From Octopus vulgaris (taxonomy: Eukaryota), in the NCBI GenBank assembly GCA_951406725.2, contig OX597836.1, positions 24,366,001 through 24,430,000 of the forward strand: a DNA stretch of 64,000 nucleotides, read 5' to 3'. The notes below the pieces were generated by a model. The model saw only the letters and a list, made by a program, of their open reading frames with translations. It made no database searches and was not told where the DNA came from. Position 1 is the stretch's first letter. Each line of letters opens with the position of its first letter. A program made the translations under genes and the position numbers. Positions 43,324-57,762 of the stretch are shown here, one piece after another.

Positions 43324-43878
43324 GAGTGAGAGAGCAGTTCATGCCATCAAAGTGACAGTGGGGTAAAATATACGAAGCCCAATATACCCATCATGACTAC
43401 CCGTCTGATAAAGGTACACCAGGCACATGCATCACAACCATATGTGCACGACATGGGGATCTCATATCAAGATAAACAGCACATGACCTTGCAGGTGGGG
43501 CCCAGTTAGAATTTTCTTCAGGTTGAGTAGCCCATCCCGCTCAAACGGTCCCTGAATAAGGGTTGTTTAAGGATGTTGAAAAAACTACCCATGTTTCCAG
43601 AGGTGAATTATTCAAACCCCAAAGAATCCCTCTCAACACATGGCTATGATGCTCCCCCACTACTTCTGCTCGTGATCAGAGATGCACATATCGTCAGCCA
43701 CTAAGGGACATGCTCAACTGGTTAAGGTCAAGCAACTGACAAGCAAATCTGTGGTATTGAGCAGAATATTTGCTGTAGCCCATCTTTTATACCAAGACAA
43801 AACAATGTACATGATAACACTTTCAATCAGTTAAGATCAGAAGCCATGAGAGCCACTGCCTGGTACTGCATCAGGGCA
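43323..43878 (-). mobile_element. Retroposon family E (~555 bp, no ORF, no evident tRNA head)
   Basis: Repeated at 42841-43264 and partly at 19697-20130; embedded in (ATT)n on both sides. Confidence 0.8.
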
Positions 43879-43929
<51 letters not shown>

Positions 43930-43955
43930 CATTATTATTATTTTTATTATTATTA

Positions 43956-43996
<41 letters not shown>

Positions 43997-44028
43997 CATT
44001 ATTATTATTTTTATTATTATTATTATTA

Positions 44029-44098
<70 letters not shown>

Positions 44099-44121
44099 CA
44101 TCATTATTATTATTATTATTA

Positions 44122-44194
<73 letters not shown>

Positions 44195-44195
44195 C
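43879..44195. repeat. (ATT)n microsatellite
   Basis: Direct reading. Confidence 0.97.
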
Positions 44196-44199
44196 ATGA

Positions 44200-44422
44200 A
44201 GCCAGCGAGCTGGCAGAATCATTTGCATTTTGGACCAAATGCTCAGTGGCATTTCGTCCGTCTTTACGTTCTGAGTTCGAATTCCGCCGAGGTCGACTTT
44301 GCCTTTCATTCTTTCGCAGCAGTCAATAAAACAAGTATCAGTTGAGTACTGGGGGTCGATGTATTCGACTAGCAAGCACCCCTACCCTGAACTTGCTGGC
44401 CTTGTGCCAAAATTTGAATGCA
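44200..44422 (+). mobile_element. SINE family A, tail A2
   Basis: GCGAGCTGGCAGAATC head, GAGTTCGAATTCC B box, GCTGGCCTTGTGCCAAAATTTGAA tail. Confidence 0.85.
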
Positions 44423-44832
44423 TTATTGTTGTTGTTGTTGTTGTTGTTGTCGTTATTGTTATGGTTGTTGTACATATTATTATTTCGTTTATTATTGTTT
44501 TTTCTACAGCATTTATTCGTTGAAGAACTGTCATTGCAATTTCCGACCAAGGCACATTGAAGAGATTATATCACATGTGTGGCCTGACTGAACATATTGT
44601 TTAGGAAGAATAATCTAAAAGAAGCCAGAGGCTGTTTGAAGGAACGCAAAGTGGAGAATGTAAAGAGGGGACGAGATAAGGGTGGGGGGTGGATTAAAGG
44701 GATGGGGGAAGGCGGTGCTTGCCAGTTGTGGAGAAGAATAGGTTAATCAGAAGTGTTTATCTCACTGTTGGTGTGACCATCAACATAGTGAGAGCATGGA
44801 ATCAAAGAAGTCAGCGTTATATATGTTATGGG

Positions 44833-44865
<33 letters not shown>

Positions 44866-44869
44866 ACAT

Positions 44870-44937
44870 ACATATACTATATACATACGCGGGTGCACAC
44901 ACGCACACAAATACACATACATACACACACACATACA

Positions 44938-44970
<33 letters not shown>

Positions 44971-45217
44971 TCATACATACATACGTACGTACGTACATAC
45001 ATATATACATACATACATACATACATACATACACACATACGTACGTACATACATACATACATACATACCTACACACATACATGCATACATATATACATAC
45101 ACACATACATACATACATATATACATACATACATACATACGTACATATATACATACATACATATATACATACATACATACATACATACATACATACATAC
45201 ATACATACGTACGTACG

Positions 45218-45251
<34 letters not shown>

Positions 45252-45361
45252 CATACATACATATATACATACATATATACATACATACATTACATACATA
45301 CATAATACATATATACATACATACATACATACATACATACATACATACATACATACATACA

Positions 45362-45394
<33 letters not shown>

Positions 45395-45405
45395 GTATGT
45401 ATGTA
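44870..45405. repeat. (TACA)n tetranucleotide array
   Basis: Direct reading; a similar array lies at 50371-50812. Confidence 0.97.
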
Positions 45406-45787
45406 TTATGAATGTATATATAGGAAGTTAGATGCTCTTCATGAAAAGTGGATGTAAATTAACAATAAACAGGCAGGAAAATCTGTAAAATGTCGTGAAA
45501 ACAACAACAACATGAAGAACAATTTTAAGACAAAAACTACGAGACGTGTGTTTGTGTGTGTTTGTGAGGAAGAGAGAAAGAGAGAAAGAGAAAGTATCTA
45601 GGAAGTGGGGATCCCCGTTTGTAGTCACTAAACAAACGACTTTATAGAGACCAGCGTTTCAATACCACGTGACTTTTACACAATTCAGAAGTGTTGACTA
45701 CAGGTTTACAATGTCTTCTACACTTCAACGTTTCTTTTGGTTCCCTTCTTTGTGATATGGCTACTCTTGCTGCTGCTGCTGCTGCTG

Positions 45788-45839
<52 letters not shown>

Positions 45840-45844
45840 CATTA

Positions 45845-47415
45845 TTTTGGCTTGGCTCAGGTTCAGTCTTATTCCTGGTAGGATTTATGTGGGTAGCAAG
45901 TTACTACCTGTAACCTTAGCTATCCACAAGTTTTCAGCAGTCTTTCAAGTGCTTAGAACTCTCCTGATAATCCTTGTTGTCCCTAAGAGACAAACTTTCT
46001 GTAGGACCTCTACCGGGCATTCTATTTCAATCTCCTTCTGCCATTTGTCTATATCTTGGCTTACTGTTCCCAACGCACGATCCAGATTCTTCCTATTTCA
46101 AATTTTATGAAATCGTGTCTTTTTGTCTTTCTTCCCCTTTCTTTACAATCCTGGAATCAAACGGGTATGATGGGTCGATAAATAAGCAACTTCGATTTTC
46201 CTTATCGATGACTGTAATATCTTGTCTATTATCTTCTAACTTCTTGTCCGTTTGAATAGGAAAGTCCCACAAAATTTTACATTACTCCGACTCCAGTACT
46301 CTTCCGACTTGATGATTGTACCACGTGTTTCCAGCTTCAAATCCCCATTTCTGGAAGAGTTTCCAGTGTAAAACTTTCACAACCTGGTCGTGCCTCCATT
46401 TTTTATATTTTTCCTGTGCCAACTTGTGATATTCTTCCACAATGTGTGCCACTGTCTCGTACCAAGTTCCACAGGCTCTACATTTTTCTGACACATTCTC
46501 TCTATATATATATACATATATTCTCAAGTTGTTTGCTTTTATCGCTTGACCTTGGGCTGCTACAATTATGCTCTCTGTTTCTTTTTTTAATTGCTCCTTT
46601 TTTAACCAAGCCCAGGATTTCGTCCAACATACATCTTCAGTGGCTCACCTAAAGTGGCCATGCGGCGGTTCCCCTTCAATCTGTCTGACGTGCTCTCTTT
46701 GTATGTCATTCCTGTCCTTTTCTCCTCTTATGCGCTTCATCACCTGTCCTTTATTCACTGTCTTTAACAGTTTCTCAGTGATGTTCTCTAAATAGTCTAC
46801 TAGACATTTTCTTTCCATCTGTTCACATTCTTCTACAGCTATTAAGCCTCTTCCATCCTGGTCTCTCCTCAAGTACAGCCGATTGATATCAGCTTTCGGC
46901 TGGCAGGCTCCATACATCAACAACTTCCTAGTTTTTCAGTCAAGTTTCTTTACATCGTTTTCGTCTAGTCTATAATTCCAACTCCATATCTGATTAAGGA
47001 TACTGCTCTTGAATTTATTGCTTCAATAAGATTTTTTGAATTCAGCTTTGACAGCAATAATTTTCTTACAGTCCTTCTGCAGTCCCTACAGGTAATTTGT
47101 ATCATTTCTTCATTTTTATCTCGTCTGTTTCCATTATTCCCAAGTACTTATATCATTGTCTTTTCTCAACCACTTTCATTGTTTGCACATTTGGCATTTC
47201 AATTCGCTGGCTTTCAAATCTTCCTTGTTTCATTTTCAATATAGCTCACTTTTCTATCCCAAATTCCATACCTACGACATTTGAGAATATGCAGATAGTG
47301 TGTACTAGACTTTCAAGCTGTTTTCTATCTTTCGCATAAACCTTTATATCATCCATAAAAAGATGATTTATTTGATCATTTCCTTTTCCCAAATCGTAAG
47401 CAATTTTAACTTTTC

Positions 47416-47418
<3 letters not shown>
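45845..47418 (-). mobile_element. R4/Dong-like LINE, RT-to-3'-end fragment (pseudogene)
   Basis: INHLFMDDIKVYAK (RT catalytic motif, ~47330-47370), RLYLRRDQDGRGLI, CRACGTWYETVAHIV, RHDQV..LHW, LWDFPIQTD, LQKVCLLGT; (ATT)n at the 5' junction. Confidence 0.9.
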
Positions 47419-47471
<53 letters not shown>

Positions 47472-47473
<2 letters not shown>

Positions 47474-47946
47474 GAAAACTCACAGCTTATTTTGTTGGGT
47501 ATGATTGAAAGTGTCAGCTGTCCACAGCCAGCTGACTAAGGTGACACTTGTTTACTGGTCATGCTCCAAGAACCCTGCCAAGAATTCTTGCAGCTCAAAG
47601 CAGTACTGATTTTTGTAGGTGTTCTACCTTGCACTTTTTCAGCCATGTTGATAATTGAGTTCTGATACTTCCAAGTGCACTAATTACTATTGGTATCACG
47701 TCTGCTCTCTTCATTGACCACAACCTTCGTATTTTCCACTTGAAATCGTCATAGTTGTTTATTTTAATCTTCTTTCACATTGATCCTGGTGTCAGCGGGG
47801 CATGCTATATCGATCATCACGTATGTTCTTTAGTTTTTTATTCACTACAACAATGTCCGGTTTCCGATGTCTGGCCAGGTGATCGCACTTGATCATTGCA
47901 ATTCTCATTTTCGGTGATTACTTCTCGAGTTTTCTCATACCACGTC

Positions 47947-47948
<2 letters not shown>
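47472..47948 (-). mobile_element. R4/Dong-like LINE 3' fragment (RLE)
   Basis: KPDIVV..MIDIACPADTRIN..NYDDFKWKIRRLWSMKRADVIPIVISALG; ATT tracts on both sides; same family as 59524-60140. Confidence 0.87.
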
Positions 47949-47999
<51 letters not shown>

Positions 48000-48622
48000 A
48001 TGAAAGTTTAATTGATTACATCGACTCAGCGCTTTACTGGTACTTTATTTAATCGAGCCCAATATTTATACTATTAGTGATAGGCCCACAAACCAGGAGG
48101 GAAGAAAACAGACGATTCTACCAATTACTAGACTACACTTAGACTTGTTTTATTGACAACAGAAGAGTATAAGGCATAATCAACCCCGGCAGGGTTTGAA
48201 CTCAGAACGTAAAATTGCATCACTAAATAGTACGAAAGATATACATCTGACACTCTGCCTCAGAAATAAAAATCTATGATGCAAAGTTGACCAAGAACGT
48301 TTCCGTTTTATTTATAGAATCTGTCTGTCTCCTCAACCAATTTTACTTCTCAATGTGATGCCGCGATGCATTAAAAAACCATAAAATTGAAGAGGAAATC
48401 TAGGCCTAAGCTGAATAACGAATGTAAGACACGATATATCAATAAATTGAAGCTGTTTTATTGGGTAATCTGAGAGAAGACGATAAAGTCACCAAACATC
48501 TAATTAAAAACATATATAGAATAAAATAAGAAATATATGTGTTTGTGTGTGCGTTATCTGAAACAGAACAATGAATGTTGAATTGGAGACAAACAGTAGA
48601 CGAAATGATGTATATATCAAAC

Positions 48623-49141
48623 AAAGAAGAAGAAGACGAAGAAGAAGAAGAAGAAGAAGAAGAAGAAGAAGAAGAAGAAGAAGGAGGAGGAGGAGGAGGA
48701 GAAGAAGAAGAAGAAGAAGGTGGTGGAGGAGGAGGAGGAGGAGGAGAAGAAGAAGAAGAAGAAGAAGAAGAAGAAGAAGAAGAAGAAGAAGAAGAAGAAG
48801 AAGAAGAAGAAGAAGAAGAAGAAGAAGAAGAAGAAGAAGAAGAAGAAGAAGAAGAAGAAAAGAAGAAGAAGAAGAAAAGAAAAAGAAGAAGAAGAAGAAG
48901 AAGAAGAAGAAGAAGAAGAAGAAAAAGAAGAAGAAAAAGAAAAGAAGAAGAAAAAGAAGAAGAAGAAGAAGAAGAAGAAGAAGAAGAAGAAGAAGAAGAA
49001 GAAGAAGAAGAAGAAGAAGAAGAAGAAGAAAAAGAGAAGAAGAAGAAGAAGAAGAAGAAGAAGAAGAAGAAGAAAAAGAAGAAGAAGAAGAAGAAGAAGA
49101 AGAAGAAAAGAAGAAGAAGAAGAAGAAGAAGAAGAAAGAAG
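48623..49141. repeat. ~520-bp (GAA)n/(GGA)n polypurine tract
   Basis: Direct reading. Confidence 0.98.
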
Positions 49142-49876
49142 ACAGAGAAAAATTGTAAGATCGGCTGTTGTGTTTGAAGATCGCCTGCCGTTATAACAAC
49201 TGAACAAATGGTTATAGCAAAATAAAGATATCACAAGTGGAGAATAGCAGCGAAGAGTAACAAGCGACAATAAATGTCTGTGATGTTGGATGGAGAAAGA
49301 TATACTTTACTCCGTATCATAAATCTAGTTTATTTTCATCATAATCGGATAAATATATATATACACACTTACACATCTACGTAAGTTTGTCACGTACACA
49401 CACACACACACATACGCTCACACTCAAGCACATAGAGTTTTCACACACGCACTCTTTCTCTGTCTTTCTTATTCCCTCCCTCTCTCCCTCACTCACTCAC
49501 TCACTCACTCATTCACTCACCCACTCACTCATTCACTCACTCACTCTCACAATCTCGCGAACACAGATTTCTCGTACACACACACATACACATTTTTTTA
49601 CTGGCTTCAATCATTGGACAGCGACCATGACCAGGCACCGTTTTCAAATGTTTGGTCAACAATAACCCACCTTATTTATTTTATCGATCTCTGTTTTCAA
49701 ATCACTAAGTTATGAGTCATAACTACATGCATATGTGCAACATCTAAGTGTCAGAGTGTGTGTGTGTATGTGTTTGTGTGTATGTGTGTGTATATCTGTG
49801 TGAGCGCGCGCGTGTGTGTATGTGTATGAGCACGAAGTTATATATACACATGAATGTGCGTATAAGTGTGTGTGTT

Positions 49877-49932
<56 letters not shown>

Positions 49933-50637
49933 CTTATGAGTGTATGTGTTTATGTGTCTGTGTGTGTTTGTATGAATATTGATAGGTGTACAATAGAAAG
50001 AAACGGACGCTCAATACGTGTCGTGGTACTTACCTTTTGTACGCCACTCTGGTGCCGAACAGCTTCACTCAAAAGCCGAGCATTTTCTGATCATTCGTAT
50101 GATTAATTCTAAGAATTTATTCTGAAATTCTTTGTTCTGAAGATGTGTCCCTGACACACCTTCAGTCAAGACAGACTGGTTTGTGTTGGTATCAAGTCTT
50201 ACGACTTATAATAATGAAGTGAAGTCAAATAATGGCAATTTGGAAGTATTTTATACGCGCGTTTCAGATCTGCATAATATATAAAAAGAAATACATTCTC
50301 TTACGCAAGATTTTCTTCAGTTAATACATTGCAAAATATTTTGAAATGTATTATTACACAGATCTGAAACGTACATACATACATACATACATACATACAT
50401 ACATACATACATACATACATACATACATACACATACATACATACAGACAGACATACAGACAGACAGACAGGCATACATACATACAAACACACATACATAC
50501 ATACATACGGACTTACATACGTACGTACGTACATACATACATACATACGGACTTACATACGTACATACATACATACATACATACATACATACATACACGC
50601 ACGCACGCACACACTCATACATACACATGCAAACATG

Positions 50638-50669
<32 letters not shown>

Positions 50670-50774
50670 CATACATACATGCATACATACAAACAAACAA
50701 ACATACATACATACATACATACATACATACATACATACATACATACATACATACATACATGTATACATACAAAC

Positions 50775-50814
<40 letters not shown>

Positions 50815-51240
50815 GTCACCGTCTTCAGCACTCGAGTTCGGCTGATCCGGTGCCTCCATGATGTTTAAACCTTACATGTCTCAGAATGCCAAGTTGGGAA
50901 TGAAGCAGTCAGGAGCATTGATCGCATGGCAATGGGGGAAGGGGGGCGTAGTCTTGGCCTTGCGTTGCCTTCTTTTTGTTTCTTCTTCTTCAGTCTTTCT
51001 CCTCCCCTTCAGAAATGGAACAGCAGAAATGGATTGCTCTTCCTCAAGATGAATGCTCGGCGGCTTCTCTTTCGCAGATGTTAGAGCTGATACTGGCCTG
51101 AAGGAGAGAAGACTTCAGTTCGTCTTTGAATCTGCGTTTTGGGGTTCCTCGATGTCGTTTACCATTGACGAGTTCGCTGTAGAGAATGATTAGTGCAGAC
51201 GTAACTTTCAGCAAGATGTGATTGTGTGGAGATCACCATT
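50815..51240 (-). mobile_element. RTE-clade LINE 3' fragment
   Basis: Manual translation ILYSELVNGKRHRGTPKRRFKDELKSSL...KRRQRK...CDQC...SQLGILRH, typical of the RTE ORF C-terminus; disrupted. Confidence 0.78.
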
Positions 51241-51248
51241 AATATACC

Positions 51249-51663
51249 TATTTCTTTACTACCCACAAGGGGCTAAACGCAGAGGGGACAAACAAGGACA
51301 GACAAATGGACTGAGTCGATTACATTGACCCCAGTGCGCAACTGGTACTTAATTTATCGACCCCGAAAGGATGAAAGGCAAAGTCGACCTCGACGGAATT
51401 TGAACTCAGAACGTAATGGTAGACGAAATACCTATTTCTTTATTACCCACAAGGGGCTAAACACAGAGGGGACAAACAAGGACAGACATAGGTATTAAGT
51501 CGATTACATCGACCCCAGTGCGTAATTGGTACTTAATTTATCGACCCCGAAAGGATGAAAGGCAAAGTCGACCTCGGCGGAATTTGAACTCAGAACGTAA
51601 TGGTAGACGAAATATCGCTAAGCATTTCGCCCGGCGCGTTAACATTTCTGCCAACTCGCCGCC
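51249..51663 (-). mobile_element. SINE family A (A1), partial tandem dimer
   Basis: Full unit 51433-51663 followed on the minus strand by a second 3' ~185-bp unit at 51249-51432. Confidence 0.9.
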
Positions 51664-52667
51664 TTATATATACCGTCTTTATGATACCTGATGGCAATTA
51701 AGCAATACTGAAATTAGACCCTGTACAGAGTGGTGAGACAAAATCAGTAAAGCCCAGTTTCTAGGTAGAAGATCCAGCTACAATAATTGTGCCAGTATAG
51801 GAAATCTATGACCTCTCTTTCCAGAAGGTTTAAAGAGATAAGCATAACATCAACAACTCCTGGAATTTGATGATTCTAAAGCGGCAGAGGACTCAACTAT
51901 GGAGTCGTCACATAATATCACCGCTTCAGTACTAATTAAGACTGAAGAACTCCTAGCTTCCTCTGGAGGTGGCAATTAAAACCATCAACAACAACAATCG
52001 TCAGACGTCAATCAATTGAAAGCCCTTCCTCTCAACATAATCAGATCATTCATTTATGAGGGACAAACGGAAACAATAGGAAATCAGCAGACTTGTCCAA
52101 CTAAACGAAAATGGCCACAAAGGGAACAATTAAAAAAAGTAGGAGGCGGTACAGAGCTCGTGTGAAGAGGAAATATTGTCTGAGGACGAGACATTCTCCT
52201 GTTAGAGAGAGGTCATCTCTCATAATTTGGAGTAACTCGCTGGTAAGACAGAAGTGTGTCTGCTGCGAAAGTTCATCTAAACTGAGAATGAATTTAATAT
52301 GGATCGATTAGAAAGGTGTTCACAAGCATTCAAAAAGCCAACAATATTGCAATGGAACCCTTAGAGAAAGTGCACAAGAATGACACACATGAAGTGTTGA
52401 TTGATAAGGAGGCAGGAAAAGACAGAATATTTGTAAACGTGTTTTGTAATACTTACATCAGAGTAGATATGAACTACCCCAAGGATATCGGTCTTTATTC
52501 GTTCAATTATAACTACGGAGCTAAGCACGAAGGCTTCTGAAATACGCAATATCTTATGGCACAGTAAGGAATTGAAGGAACATCTAGAGTTGAAAACGTA
52601 ATCAAGAAAGTGGGAAGATCAACTCAACAGAAATAAACGTTTAAAATTGTATACAGATGTATATATA

Positions 52668-52831
52668 GGCGCAGGAGTGGCTGTGTGGTAAGTAGCTTGC
52701 TTAGCAACCACACGGTTCCGGGTTCAGTCCCACTGCGTGGCATATTGGGCAAGTGTCTTCTACTATAGCCTCGAGCCGCCCAAAGCCTTGTGAGTGGATT
52801 TGGTAGACGGAAACTGAAAAAGCCCGTCGTA

Positions 52832-52879
<48 letters not shown>

Positions 52880-53116
52880 GTGTGTGTGTGTGTGTGTGTG
52901 TATGTTTGTGTGTGTGTGTTTGTCCCCCTAGCATTGCTTGACAACCGATGCTGGTGTGTTTACGTCGCCGTCACTTAGCGGTTCGGCAAAAGAGACCGAT
53001 AGAATAAGTACTGGGCTTACAAAGAATAAGTCCCGGGGTCGATTTGCTCGACTAAAGGCGGTGCTCCAGCATGGCCGCAGTCAAATGACTGAAACAAGTA
53101 AAAGAGTAAAGAGAGT
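52668..53116 (+). mobile_element. SINE family B, full length
   Basis: Near-identical to 31219-31632 with a longer internal TA/TG tract. Confidence 0.92.
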
Positions 53117-53667
53117 ACGTGCGCGCGCATGCGTGTACGTTGTTTGAAATTATTGTGTGTTTTCTGTTTTAACTATTCTGTTCATTGATTTGCATGTATT
53201 TTAAGACGTATTAAACTCGATCCACTACAGATAATGTATAACGCTTTTCGTCCCAACTTCGACTTTGTCTTCACGATCCCTTTAAAGATTTTGCAAGCTC
53301 ACTAATTATTGTTCTTCGTATGATTATTGTACTTTTCGAGCCTTTGAGAAAAGATAATGTTTTCCCCTCCCTCATTCCTCTCATTTTAAATAAGACAGTT
53401 AATTCCAATGTCATTGATAATTTCAACTACATCAGCTCCTTTCGTTTCGCATTCTTTCTTTATTTAGTTTTAGTTGAAAGGCTGTCACCAAGAAAATGTG
53501 ACATTTCAGTGATGGTCACCATAACAATAAGATGAACATCACTCAAAATATTTTCTATCTCGCTTAATAGACATTTGTCAAGTTATAATAAGAAATTGTG
53601 CCGCTTTTACTTATTGCTTTCTTCATTCATTCGTTGTGCAGGGGCCTCTATAAATTGATACACGATA

Positions 53668-53747
<80 letters not shown>

Positions 53748-53847
53748 CGTATATAAATCGAGAATTTCAGATTAATCCTCCAAATCACTGTTCTTTTTAA
53801 AGAATAAAAAGAGAAATCGTGAGATAAAAGACAAATGTGTGTACGTA

Positions 53848-53935
<88 letters not shown>

Positions 53936-53972
53936 GTGTGTGTGGTGTGGTGGTGGGGGGGTGAATATGAAT

Positions 53973-54180
53973 TTTTTAAATACTCCGCCGGTTACGACGA
54001 CGAGGGTCCCAGCTGATACGATCAACGGAACAGCTTGCTCGTGAAATTAACGTGCAAATGGGTGAGCATTCCACAGACACGTGTACCCTTAACGTAATTC
54101 TCGGGGATAATCAGCGTGACACAGAGAGTGACAAGGCTGACCCTTTCGAATGCCCTAACCACTAAGCCACGCGCCCTCAT
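53973..54180 (-). mobile_element. SINE family C-related, internally deleted, 13-bp TSD
   Basis: TSD GGTGAATATGAAT at 53960-53972 and 54181-54193; head joined directly to the C1-type tail. Confidence 0.8.
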
Positions 54181-54397
54181 GGTGAATATGAATATACGTA
54201 TATTAGTTACCTTATGAAATTAGCCGACCGAAAAATAAAAAAAAAGCAGATGTAGTCTCAAATAAATAAGTGATGAAAATAGAAGAAATATAGCGATAGA
54301 AGATATCAATCGGGTGTATATATAATATTAATAAATATTAATAGGGGGTATGTATATAATATTATGTATATATAATATATAATATTATGTAAATGCT

Positions 54398-54822
54398 GAT
54401 TTCAAATTTTGGCACAAGGCCAGTAATTTCAGGCGGAGAGTAAGTCGATTTCATCGATCACAATTACTCTTCTGCTACTTATTTTATTGATCCCATAAGG
54501 TGGAAAAGCAAGGTTGACCTCAGAGGAATTTGAACTCTCAACGTAAAGGCGGACGAAATGCTGCCAAGCATTTTGTCCGGCGTGCTAACGATTCTTCCGG
54601 CTGGCCACGTGTTATTGGAAATATATTGGCTTCAAATTTTTCGCACGCGGTCAGCAATTTCGGAGGGAGTGGGTAAGTTGATTATGTCGATCCAAGTGTT
54701 TAGCTGGTATTTCTTTTATCGAAACGCAATGTCAACCTCACCGACATTTGAAGGTAAAATCGGAAGTAACACAGTTGAACATTTTTTTCTGGGGTAGTAA
54801 CGATTCTGCCAGCTCATCGCCT
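54398..54822 (-). mobile_element. Two adjacent old SINE family A (A2) copies
   Basis: TTCAAATTTT.GCAC tails at ~54401 and ~54631; family-A heads at ~54600 and ~54820. Confidence 0.7.
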
Positions 54823-55492
54823 TAAATAACACAGATATTAACAGGTGAATATGTAAAGATAAATATTCTTAAGTGAATATATATAACGAGAATATATAAT
54901 GATAGATATCTTTCATATAAAACGCGAGTGTAGTTCAGTGCAAATTTAGCAAATGGCTCAGTTGAAGAATGAAGAGTATGAAGAATGTAATAATATATAA
55001 GTTATTAAAGAGTGTGACAAAGAAAGTGATTAGTCTTAGTTATTGTATATATGTATATATATATATATATATATAGAGAACAAAGTGTACGTAGGACTAT
55101 AGTCTTAGTTATTGTTATAGGGTTGTAGGATTCGAAAGATGGAAAATACAAGGCATTTTATAAAGTTTTAAAATACAAGGTATATAAAGTTTTAAAATAA
55201 TCGCACGTTCCATATTGAAATGAATTGAAATTTCCATACACTAACAGTCACTAGACAGCTCACGGTTTAGCAACTAAGATTGCTAAATATGCAGATGATA
55301 ATCCGAGAATGTAAGGAATGGAAAAGCTAAATAAGGACTACATATGTTTCATAGCTAAACATTGATTTTTACATAACTTGTAACCCGTTCAGCTAAACCT
55401 CAGGTCCGATTACCTCCGACTTATTTACATCCGCACGTGGAGATAAGTAGGTGCCCGCAAATTTAGTCAGGGCACAAATGGCTAGTTGTTAT

Positions 55493-55560
<68 letters not shown>

Positions 55561-56044
55561 TGTGTGTGTGTGTGTATCGAGCGTAGATTAGCCACAGCCT
55601 TGCAACACTCAGACACACCGTTTTTATTAGATGCCGCTTCGTATGTGTTATTACTTTCTGAATAACTGCGCAAATTTCATACATTATTTAGATATCAAAT
55701 CATATTTTGCCCTGTTCATCATATATGTACATGTGTGTATGTTTATAGATATACAGAAATGTGTGTATATATATATTCAAACACACACATACACGCATAT
55801 ACGAACATATTTGCATACAGACAAGACTCTATACATATACTTTACTTTTATTGCGACATAACATTCATAAATCTTATGGGTGACCATACTATGACAGACA
55901 AAAAGGAACGACAGAGAGAGAGAGAGAGAGAGATAGAAAGAGAGAGATACATATATGGGTTACATTATTTCTCAGTTTATATTAGTGGAAGTCTATATCA
56001 AGTATATTTTAAATTGCGCTTTTATCTTTAGTTTGCTTTTATCT

Positions 56045-56084
<40 letters not shown>

Positions 56085-56144
56085 TTTATATTTATATATA
56101 TATATATATATACATACATACACATATAAATATATGTATATATA

Positions 56145-56192
<48 letters not shown>

Positions 56193-56348
56193 CTTATAAT
56201 TGTGTTTATGTATTTCTTCTAGAAATCTAATCATGTCTTGGGTTATATTCATGCATACACACAAACATTCATACATTTATATACATATTTGTGTGTGTGT
56301 ATATATATGTATATGCATATATATTTGTATATATATATATATGTATAT

Positions 56349-56470
<122 letters not shown>

Positions 56471-56867
56471 CACCACGTTTCCTGTCGTCATTCTATCGAC
56501 TGCACAATATTGGGTCGTCGCTCTAGATTCTTCTGTTGAGCCCCTCGGGAGACGTTGCACGGAAGTGCATTATTCTTGTTGTACAAGAATAATATTTATT
56601 TATACACAATCATATTGGCGCACAAGAGCTCATTCACGTACACACTCACACGCACAGATATTTGCCTATATATGTACTTATACATACATATATATATATA
56701 AGTGTGAGTATGTGTGTGTTGTGCTTGTGTGTATGCGTATGCGTAGATTATATTATCCTGTTGAATACCACAAATTATAGTCAACAAACTTCACTCGTAT
56801 TTTTGGTGTTCAAGAATGGTAGAATATGAACAACTCAAAAGAGACACGCACACTCATAAATTCATGA

Positions 56868-56928
<61 letters not shown>

Positions 56929-56943
56929 TACATACATATATAT

Positions 56944-57058
<115 letters not shown>

Positions 57059-57501
57059 TATATGTGTGTGTGAGTGTGTGTGCATGTGTGTGTGTTTATG
57101 GTGTATGTATGCGCACATAATGCTCTCAAATTGGTTTAATTACATCATAAAACCCATAGCTCTAATGGCTGACCACACACTACGAGACAAAAAACAGAGA
57201 GTGAGAAACAGAAAGAGGGACAGGAAAAAGATAGCAAGAGACAGAGAGAGAGTGGAAGAGATATAAAGAGAAATAGAGAGAGAGAGAGAGAGAGAAAGAG
57301 TGTGAAAGGTAGAAAGAGTGAAAGAGACAGACAGACAGACAGACAAAGAGCATAACGCGGACGTTTGCAGTGAAAAAAAAAAAAGATTGTACAGAAACTT
57401 CAAAAGGACATACATTGGCATCTGTCAAACAAAATGTCTTTAATTTAAACAAAACAATCTACATTAGTCGATGTGTGAGAATATATATGTGTATGTGCGT
57501 G

Positions 57502-57548
<47 letters not shown>

Positions 57549-57728
57549 CATATAGTTATGTGTATACGCACACACATTTTGTGTGCGTTTGTATGTGTGT
57601 GTATGTGTATACACATACACATACATATACGCACGTACAGTGAAAAAAAAGGGTAGACGGTAAAAAGAGAATCATTGATTGATTTATTTACATACATACA
57701 ATGAGATGTGAGTCGTACAGGACCTCAT

Positions 57729-57762
<34 letters not shown>

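Noticed and set aside
48571-49270. Long poly-E/K/R ORFs as an acidic or basic protein exon
   Set aside because: Pure GAA repeat, open in several frames on both strands.
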